Below, piece by piece: positions 54,956 to 64,000 of a DNA stretch of 64,000 nucleotides. The translations under genes were made by a program, and so were the position numbers. The notes beneath the pieces were generated by a model that ran no database searches, was not told where the DNA came from, and was given only the letters and a program-made list of their open reading frames with translations. The stretch lies in assembly GCF_009914755.1 (NCBI RefSeq), contig NC_060928.1. One strand, given 5' to 3'. The DNA is from the human T2T-CHM13v2.0 reference genome, Homo sapiens. Within the stretch, counting starts at the first letter, position 1. Each line of letters opens with the position of its first letter.

Positions 54956-57533
54956 TAAATGTTTCTTAGTACTTAGTGATAAGATTCAAGATACTTTTTT
55001 CAAAGGAAGGAAAAATGGTGGCTGTTTTTAGCCAATGTGATTATCCATGCCTCTGTGGTTGACCTTGAATTACAGAGGAAACCCAAGTAAGTACTGCTGA
55101 GCCAGGGATTAGAGAACCAAGAAAAGAGAGTCTTTTAGTCTCAAAATAGGGTATTTTACCTCAAAGAGAGCAGTGTACAGGCTTTGTATACACTGGTCAC
55201 TGAGAGACCTTTTCCTCCTTGTATTTTCTCAATAAAGCCTACAGGCTGTGACTTCAAGCTTCAAAGAGAAGCTATGTGTCACATGGGGTACAAGCATTAG
55301 AACATGAAGTTTTAGCATTGTAATTTTAGTGTTCAGTCTTAGTTGACATATTAAATCAATAGACAAATAATCGTTCTACTTTTTCTTTTTATTAGCTGTA
55401 TTCAGGATCAAAGAAACAACATTGTAGATAATTTCCTGTATTTATGTGGCCTGTCCAATAGTTTCGAGGACAACTGTCACTTCTCTAACACGCAGCTTCT
55501 AAGCATGTCTGATTTATTAATTATATAAGCTCTGACTGTGGATGTTGCTTCAAGAGCCAGTCAGGGTTCTCAACCACAGAAAAGTGGTGAATATTTATAA
55601 ATGAGTAGATAAATCAGAAAAGGGTGAGGGGACCCTATTTCCATGAAAATATTCGTTTCATTGGGAAGGGGTCAAAAAAATTTTGGATGAGATTGCCATA
55701 CATCCCAACGTCAAAGTTGGTACAGAAAGCTTGTACTTAGGGTATTTTACTGTAGAGAATTTGTTAGAACTGAAAGACTATAAGAAATTGGGACATCAGA
55801 GAAATTTCAAGATGTTAGATGAATGAAGCTCAGGAAGTGATTTTAGCTCTGGAAATAGCAAGCGCACTGTGGAAGTATCAAGGCATACAGGAGGGGCATA
55901 CTTAAAAGGAGGCAAGGTCATTGAAGCCAAACTAGATTTAGATGACAGGCTAAAAATATAGATTTATTTATTCATTTAAAAAATACTTTCTTAGGCACTT
56001 GCAATACCTCAGAGTAAAAAAAAAAAGTAAGGCAAAAATGTCTGCCTTTTGTATGGCTCATCTTCCACAGATATACTCAGAACTTATTGTTTTTTGAATG
56101 GTATTAATAATATGGGCAGTGATATGTGAGTTATTACTTGGTTGACTTGGATCAGAGAAGGCTAACAGAAAAGAAGAGTTCATGAAGTGAACCGGAGTGA
56201 TAACCCAGAGAAAGCCTGGATCCCAGGACATATTGAGAGGTACCTCATTAAACTTCAGATACAAGTCAGTAATAAAAGCACTTATGCTAATCATTCATCG
56301 AGGAATGGAACACAGTAAAATGGGTAAAAAAATAAGAATTTGAATAAATTTGAGAGAAGCCTCAGAAGATAATCTTGACATGTCTTACCGTTTTTAGACT
56401 ACTTTCAGTGTGACATATATCCTTGGATAGCATACCAGGAAAATATATAGTTAGGACTCTAAGGGAAGGCCCACAAAATGTGAAATATACTAAAGGGGAA
56501 CCAGGCAGGACATTAACAGATGGAGTCTAATCCTGGGCTAGTTGAACATTTAATACTAACAATATGAAAAACAAAACAAACAAACAAACAAAAAACCAAA
56601 ATCTAATATCTTCATCCAAAAGCAAATAAAAAAAGAAAAGAAAGTGCAATTGGAAGAGAAGCAAAGGGATAGCTTAAAAAATTAAAATCTTAAAAACTCT
56701 GATGAGCCTGCCTCAAAGAAATAGAGAAACCACAGTGGAAGATAGAACACTAGGGGGTATCTCATTAAAGCAGAAAAAAAAATTGTTGAAAAAAGTTTCT
56801 GTTGCTATTGAAGTAGTAGAAGTTACCCAAGATACAAAAAGCGAAAAAGCTGTTAAAAGGACAATTTTTAAGGTGCATTTATGGTCTTCTTTGAATTTCA
56901 AAGAAATTTCAAAAAAATGCCTCCTTTTAAGTATGTGTCAGAAGGAACAGATGTAATTTTGATTCAAGATTCTGCCTTGGATAATTTTTCAGCTAAGGAA
57001 AAAAAAATTGTCAGGAGAAACTTCTCCTTAGTAGGAAGATTAAACAGAGTTAAGCAATGGACAGAGCAAGCGGCAATAGTAAGTGGCTTAAAATGCCCGA
57101 TGAGGAAACAAGGAACGTCACGTTAGACCCAAGGACTGTGGGTGTCATTGCTGCAGACTTGCACATTTTACATGAAAACAGGTAATCACAAATGTCACTT
57201 GCTGGGAAAGAAGGCAGAAAGAAGAGGTTGATCCCGCCCCATCTCACTTCCCCAATCCTGAGATATGATAAACGTGACATACCCACCTGTTCTATCCATT
57301 GACAGGAAACTCACAGGTTGTGAACTCCATCAGTCTTCACAGGCTAATTGGCACCCACTGGAGGTGAAACCAAAAGGATTTTTCCTTGCTTATCATGGTA
57401 TCTTGGTGGTCTAAGCCTTTTGTCAGATAACAGGAATTTTGGGGAACATTAGTAAGGGGAATGGATAACAATACAAATACAATATTAACTATGGACACCT
57501 GGGAATTTCTTGTGTTTTCTAAATTTTATGAGT

Positions 57534-57963
57534 TGTTAAAGTGAACTAAATATAGCCTGAGAAGGACTCTGTACTTCTATATTTGAGTCCTTGTGGACAA
57601 ACTGCAACCTAACTTAATGGGTAGACAAGACTGAGAACATAACATGGCAATGTGTGCCTGTAACAGTACCTGGGTCTTGGCCAATCCCAGCAGCCATACT
57701 TCAACCACTCATACACTGTTGAGTGTTCAAACTGTTCAAATAAGGCCAAGGCTGAGCTGTAACCAATCCACTTGTTTCTGTACCTCATTTCCGATTTCTG
57801 TACCTCACTTTCCTTATTTTGTCTATAAATCTTCTCCTACCACGTGCCTAGGCTTAAGTCTCTCTAAATCTGCCGTGATTCTGGGGGCTGCCTGATTCGT
57901 GAATCATTTGTTGCTCAATTAAACTCCTTTAACTTTAATTCAGCTTAAGTTTTTCCTTTAACA
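57534..57963 (+). mobile_element. ERV1 solo LTR, MER57 family, with 4-bp TSD
   Basis: tgttaaagtgaactaaatatagcctgagaaggactctgtacttctatatttgagtcc..gctgtaaccaatcc..tttaaca; flanked by GAGT at 57530-57533 and 57964-57967. Confidence 0.9.
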
Positions 57964-59928
57964 GAGTACAGGGCTGGTATTGCAATGACAATACATGTCC
58001 TAGCAATTGTTAAAGGCTCTTTTAATACAATAATACATACAATAATAACAATAATTTTATTTTTCATTCTCAGTGTGTACCAGGCACTGTTATTGTAAGG
58101 TCTTCATTTGTAATTAAAAATATAAATAGATTTAGGGTTCGATTAATTCAACTTTAAAACCTAAAAGAAATTAGCTCTTTTGAGGGAAAACCAGTCAAGA
58201 GAATAATATCCTGGGATTCCAAGAGAACCCTCTGGCTGAGAGCGAGCAGAGTAAGAAATTGAGAATGATGATTGTGGACTTCCTTGAGATTTGATTAATT
58301 TTGGAGTGAAATTAAATTTTGAACTTTACCATTTTCCTGAACTTACCTAAAGGGGAGAGGAATTAAAAACATTCAAATGTTGGACATTTAAATATTTGTA
58401 TTCTTTAAGGCGTATTTCTTCGATCATCAAACTAATTATCAAATTTCTAGTAAGCTATATCAATCCTTGCAGCAAGATATGATGTTTAGGATGGAAATTA
58501 CTCTAGGAAGCCATTTATTTTATTTTACTTTATTAGCCTGTGGGGCAGTGTGAACTTGAATTAATTTTATGTAATATTTTGATTTAATCTTATATTTTCT
58601 TGAGGCAAAAGCTAAATCCACATCCAGTGGTCCCAGGATAATACTAAAAAAAAGCTGTATTTGGAATAGGGCAGTTGTCTTAGGAAGTGGGAGTAGGACT
58701 AGCCTGAGAGAATTGTAGTCTTCTCCACCCAGGGCAGAGCTTTTAATTATTAATGGTTAATTGTTAAGACCCATAGGTTAAGAGAATAAGATCTGGGGAG
58801 TGATACAGTGCTGTTTATTTCCCTATAAATCTATTTCCTTGAGAAAGCATTTATTCCATTCCCCGAGAGAGAATAGTATTGTGAAGTTAACTTTTGCATC
58901 TCTTCCTATTTCCCAACTCTTTCCCTTGATAATTGCCTAAAGCGGTTCAGGAGAAAACAAATTGATCCACATAATAATTCTTGAGAATTGAGTCTCAGTT
59001 ACTGATATTTTGAGCATGGGTAATTTTAGTACATCATGTTGTTTTTGTAAATTTTTATTAATCTCTACTTATTTTGGTTTAGTTTTAGACTCTTCTCAAT
59101 TTTGTATTTTTTTCTAACCATTTTGAAATCAACTACACATGCACATCACTATTTTTAATATTGAAAACTTGGGTTAATTTTAATATCAAAGAGTAGGACA
59201 CTAGTTGGAAAACCCAAAATATCTAACATAAGTATATAGGTTGGAGCAACTTATACCTTCAACAACAGTGTATTAGTTGGAACACTGAATAAAGTTTCTA
59301 CCATTGATGAAATGCTTAAGTAAAATATGACAGCTTGCAAAAATGAATAAAAGTTACTTGAGCATAGAATGAGATTTGGAAGTACAAATTAAGGTTTTAC
59401 CACTGGTAGTTTCTGGATAGATGTATTTTTACTTATTTATATCCTAATTATTCTGTATCAATAATTGCTTTTGTGATAAGGAAAACACAGAATTAATTTT
59501 AAAATAAAATTAATTACAAAAGGAAAATAAGTAGGTTTGGAGGATCTTAGTGATTTATACTTAAAAGTGATAATTCATTTTATAAACTAATTATTCTTGC
59601 TCTGCTTGTTTGACTGTATTTTAATTTTATGCTCAGGTGTGAAAAACATTTAGTTGGTACCAATTAATTCCCTCTTGTCAGATATTTAATTTTGCTCACC
59701 AATTAAACACATATTATTGAATATTGAAGTTGTGCCAAATTATTTTCAGTTAACATGCTGGGCAATTGCAATGTGTGTTAACTCTTTAAATAAAACTAAA
59801 ATCTTAAAATTGAAATATAATTAAATGTAGCTTAAAATATGTGTGTGCTTATATCTTACCTCTGAAGAATACAATTTTACCTTTTTGTTATTTCAATTGA
59901 ATTTTAGAACCTTATGTCTCTGGGCCAC

Positions 59929-60316
59929 TGCTATGGTTTCAGTATTTGTTTTCTCCAAAATTCATGTTGAAATTTAATCACCATTGTGGCAACATTGAGA
60001 GGTAAGGCCTTTAAGAGGTGATTGGGTCATGAAAGCTCTGCTTTCATGAATGGATTAATGGGTTGTCATAGGAATGAGACTTGTAACTCTGTAAGAGGTA
60101 GAGAGATCTAAGCTGGCATATTCAGCCTCTTGCCATGTGATGCTCTGTGTCACCTTGGGACTTTGTGGTCCCCACCAGCAAGAAGGCACTCACCAAATAC
60201 AGCCCCTTGACCTTGGACTTCTTAGCCTCCACAACTGTAAGAAATAAATTTATTTTCTCTATAAATTACCTAGTTTCAGGTGTTCTGTTATAAGCAACAG
60301 AAAACAAACTAACACA
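59929..60316 (+). mobile_element. MaLR solo LTR, MSTC-like
   Basis: tgctatggttt..ccaaaattcatgttgaaatttaatc..ccccaccagcaagaagg..aagcaacagaaaacaaactaacaca; TSD gccac/gtcac. Confidence 0.88.
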
Positions 60317-60529
60317 GTCACCAATAAAAAAATTGTTTGCAATAGCAATCATTATAATATTTGTCATCAGATCAATTGGTGTTTTCTGAAAACACTTTTT
60401 TTTTCCAGATTTTAACACTGTTGATATCTTGTAACTCTCTCCATTACTTTAAAGTAGTCCTAAAATATCATATTTATTCTTCAATATCTTTTCCATATCC
60501 TACTCAATTACTTCTTCTGCTGTATTCAC

Positions 60530-60725
60530 CACTTTCATATTTCTTTCTCCTTATTTCATCTTTTATCTTTTTTACCTGCTGTTTGCTTCATTCTTTTTTG
60601 TCTTCTATTTTACCATTTTTATTTTCTCTTTTTTTTAATTTTTTTCCCTTTGCTCTTTCTTTTTTTCTTTTTCTTTTCCTTATGCTTTAGTTCTTTTCTC
60701 TTCTAAATGAATATCATCTTTTAAT
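60530..60725. repeat. T/C-rich low-complexity tract
   Basis: Long pyrimidine-rich stretch; source of the F/L/S-rich ORF at 60361. Confidence 0.8.
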
Positions 60726-60914
60726 TCCTCACTTCAATTCTGCTTAGTTTTTTTCACATCATTGGATTCAAAAGTGTAGTCTGAGAATTTCTGGGGGTCG
60801 TCCTTCTTTAACTACATATTTGTGTGAGACAAGTACTTCACATGTACTTCACAAGCACTTTTTCTGCATGTACTTCAACAAACAAACAAAAAGTTACAAC
60901 AAACTTAATGTTCA

Positions 60915-61347
60915 CTAGCTGTTCATCTCTTAATCCCCCAAACCTGTGAAGACATTACCTTTTGTGGCTAAAAGCCTTGCAGATGTGATTGATTTAAAAA
61001 TCTTGAGATGGGAGATTATTCTAGAGGCCCCAGTGTAATCGCAGGTGTCCTTATAAGAGGGAGGCAGGAAGGCCAGAGTCAGAGAAGACGTAAGGATGGA
61101 ATCAGTGATTTTCCTGAAAACCAAGGACTGTGGGGACCCTCTAGAAGCTGGAAAAGGCAAGGAATGTGTACTGCTCTAAATTCTTCAGAAAGAACGCCAT
61201 CTTTAATTTGCTTCATTAGACCACTAGACTTCTGACCACTACAAAACTAGACTTCTGACCACCAAAACTGTATGATAATAAATTTGTGTTGTTTTCAGAC
61301 ACTAAGTTTGTGGTAATTTGTCACAATGGCAACAGGGAACTAACACA
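60915..61347 (+). mobile_element. MaLR LTR, MLT1D-like
   Basis: taatcccccaaacctgtgaa..ttgcagatgtgatt..cttgagatgggagattat..ctctagaagctggaaaaggcaaggaa..ctaagtttgtggtaatttgtcaca; internal duplication of actagacttctgaccac. Confidence 0.85.
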
Positions 61348-61364
61348 TCTATGTAAGGATTGAC

Positions 61365-61520
61365 ATTTTAAGCTGGTGGTTTAGAAGTTTTAAAGATTGT
61401 AGATTCCGAGTTCCCACCTTCAGAGAGTAATATTTGGTAGATCTATAAGGGGAATTGGAAATTGTTTTTAAGAATTCCCCAACTGACTTGGGAAATCGAA
61501 AAGGTTTGAGAAGTGTTGAT
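61365..61520. mobile_element. MER5-like DNA transposon fragment
   Basis: gtagattccgagttcccaccttcagagag..ttttaagaattccccaactgact..aaggtttgagaagtgttg. Confidence 0.5.
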
Positions 61521-61989
61521 TAAATGGTTAAAAGCACAGACAGAAATTTAAAGGGTGGGTCCATTCTGACTGTTTAGAGAAATGTAGCCTATATCTGGAT
61601 TTCAATTTGCAGTTACAAATTGAAAATATCTGTAAATAATGATTTGTAATCCACATGATTATAATTGTTTCTAAAATCTACTCGAGAACTATTGCTTTAA
61701 AATTTTAAAATTTGAATAATATATATTGAAATTGAGCAGCCATCACTGTAGTAATTGCCCAGCTTGATATAAGGGGAAAATACAAAGTTTCCTTTTAAGT
61801 AATCTATTCAGGTTATCTTTTTTATAACCACAATGTATTTTTTTACTTTTATTTCTTCAACTTTTGAAGTACTATTGATTTATCATGTTAACTGGAAAAC
61901 ATTATTTTACTGCAAGGTCGAAGAAACCACAGAAAATGTGAAGTCATTTTTAAAAACCATGATCTTTGTGGTTAAAAGGGATGGAAATT

Positions 61990-62290
61990 GTGTAAAGTAA
62001 CTCCCAAAATCAAAACTGTTCAACGGCTTCTCATCATGTTTAGAACAAAATCAAAATTTCTGAATATGGCCTGCATCGTCTGGACCCTGGCTACCACTCT
62101 GAAAGTAACTCCCACAACTCCCCTGCCTTACCTACTTCCCACCAGCGAAAGCCTCCTTGTTTTCCTCAAATACATCAATCATGAGGTGGCATCGGGTCTC
62201 TCACAATTGCCTTTCCTTCTACCTGTTATCTGCATGATTCACTCTCTCTTCATATGTCTACTTAAATATTCCTCAGAAAGGCTGTCATGT
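61990..62290 (+). mobile_element. L2 fragment
   Basis: tcaaaactgttcaacggcttctcatcatgtttagaacaaaatcaaaatttctgaatatggcctgca..gcctccttgttttcctcaaa. Confidence 0.6.
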
Positions 62291-62399
62291 TTCTGGGTGC
62301 CGCATAGATAATTAATATCAGAAGGACAAGTGTTGAGGAAGGGAAAGCAGGCAAAAGACCATTATACATAGTTTAGGCAGGTTATTGTGGCTGCTTAAT

Positions 62400-63260
62400 A
62401 TAAACATGTACATATACTGATAGTGAGCATAAATCGGCATGACCATGTTGAACAACTAAAGTTAAATATCTGCATATCATATGACCCAATTCTAGGTACC
62501 TGTTCAAGAAAAATGAATATATTTGACCACTGAAATATATGTACAAGAATGTTATTAGGAGATTTATTCATAACAGCTGCTGAACAGGGAACTGCACATA
62601 GACACAGCCTATCAACAGAAAGAATAACTAAATTGATATATTTATGTAATGGACTCCTCCACAGAAATGGAAAAAATGAAATACAATGATATAAAAAACA
62701 TTGAGGGCTAGGCACAGTGGCTGATGACTGTAGTCTCAGCACTTTGGGATGCTGAGGTGTGCAGTTTGCCTGAGCCCAGGAGTTCACAAAAAGCCTAGAC
62801 AACATGGTGAGACCCTACCTCTACAAAAAATATAAAAATTATCTGGGCATGGAGGCACATGCCTGCAGTCCCAGCTCCTTGGAAGGCTGAGATGGGAGTA
62901 CCCTTATGCCTGAGTGAGACTCTGTCTCAAATTAAAAAAAAAAAAAAAAGAAAAATTAAAACGTTAAAAAAAAAAAACCATTCATTGTCTGAAAGACATA
63001 ATGTGACATGAAAGGAGCTAGTTACAAGGATCTATGTTGTATGATTCTAGTTCTATGAAGCTCAAGATCAAGGAACATATTATGAGTATAAAATAGACAT
63101 TACCTTTAAAGGCATATAGACTGGGTGACGCATGAGGAAGTCTTTCAAGGTGCCAGAAATGTTCTATATCTTGATTGGTTGGAAGTTGCACAGTTCTATA
63201 TATATGTAGAAAGTCACCATGCTGTGCTGTGTACTTTACGGTGACAACTCATTTAAAAAG
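62400..63260 (+). mobile_element. Old L1M (MD/ME-type) 3' region split by an AluJ
   Basis: catatgacccaattctaggta..tgtacaagaatgtt..ttattcataacagc ... ggtgccagaaatgttctatatcttgattgg. Confidence 0.7.
62706..62977 (+). mobile_element. AluJ with right-arm internal deletion
   Basis: ggctaggcacagtggctga..cctgagcccaggagttc..ggctgagatgggag..gcctgagtgagactctgtctc plus A tail. Confidence 0.88.
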
Positions 63261-63739
63261 CAGATTTTAAAAGGAGATTATTTTGGCTTGAATCAGTGTG
63301 ATTTTGGTGTGAGATGGTGTAATTCAGGATGTATATTGTTGACAATATTTTACTAAAGGAAAAGTCTGCAAGAGAAGAAGGAGCCATTGGCTATGACTTC
63401 ATTAATTTTTGGAATGAGAAAATTCATGAGCTGAAATGAAAAAGAGAGCAGTAGAAGGGATTCAAGGACTTCACCATCTTTTGTTTTTAACAAATATATC
63501 TGTTAAATGAGAACTCACACATTTATATGAAAGTTAAATGTATAAAGTATTCCAAACAGTCACAAATAAAATGCTAAGAATGTTAAAAAGAAAAAGGAAC
63601 AGATACACTATTTGCTCAATTGGCCGTTACTCTCTGAGTGAGGTCTGGCAAAGCAGGATATTATTAGTCAAATTGAGCACATCATAATACCTTTTAGGAG
63701 AGTTTCAAGAATGAAGCAAACTTGCAAGTCCTATAGTGT

Positions 63740-63945
63740 TTTGTATTATTAAAAATAGTAGTGTAAAAAACATAAAATATCCATAATCCAGTTTCAATAA
63801 TTATCAAGATGAATCAAATCTTGTTTCATGTATAGCCCTGCCCATTGTCTCCCACATAATTTGAAGCAAATCCCAGACAGTATATCAGCACATCTGTAAA
63901 TATTTCAGTATGATCTTTAAAAGATTATGTCTTTGAAAATCATAA
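63740..63945 (-). mobile_element. L1MC-type 3' end fragment
   Basis: ttcaataattatcaa..aatcttgtttcatgtata..tttgaagcaaatcccagaca..catctgtaaatatttcagtatg. Confidence 0.6.
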
Positions 63946-63946
63946 A

Positions 63947-64000
63947 GTCAGGCATGGAAGCTCACACCTGTAATCCTAGCCCTTTGGGAGGCCAAGAGAG
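63947..64000 (+). mobile_element. Alu 5' end, runs off window
   Basis: gtcaggcatggaagctcacacctgtaatcctagccctttgggaggccaag. Confidence 0.85.

Noticed and set aside
56640-57126. Lys-rich ORFs that suggested a processed pseudogene (SSB/SUB1-like)
   Set aside because: No sustained protein match; the purine-rich pattern fits a decayed antisense L2 better.
60361-60690. 109-aa hydrophobic ORF
   Set aside because: Product of a T-rich low-complexity tract with a non-ATG start.

Overview
AT-rich primate (human-like) genomic DNA that is intergenic or deep intronic. It is identified by its Alu (FAM, FLAM, J, S, Y), L1PA7, L2, MIR and many ERV/MaLR LTR copies. I found no intact protein-coding exon, RNA gene, CpG island or CRISPR array, and every ORF in the supplied track is either repeat-derived or chance. 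The only gene-derived sequence is a disabled RPL21 processed pseudogene (about 27.5-28.2 kb). I do not see a previously undescribed biological system. The most unusual structures are: (1) a 153-bp inverted copy of an L1PA7's own 5' junction inserted 1.6 kb downstream inside the same L1, with microhomology at the junctions; (2) a THE1C LTR+internal segment fused directly to the 3' part of an MLT2A (HERV-L) LTR that carries an approximately 290-bp AT array; (3) a 23-bp remnant made of both ends of a THE1/MST LTR; and (4) non-repeat blocks with dense homeobox/MEIS/PBX/SOX/OCT motifs (41.5-42 kb, 47 kb) that look like conserved enhancers. Repeat family names come from my recall of consensus sequences and boundaries are approximate; RepeatMasker/Dfam should confirm them.
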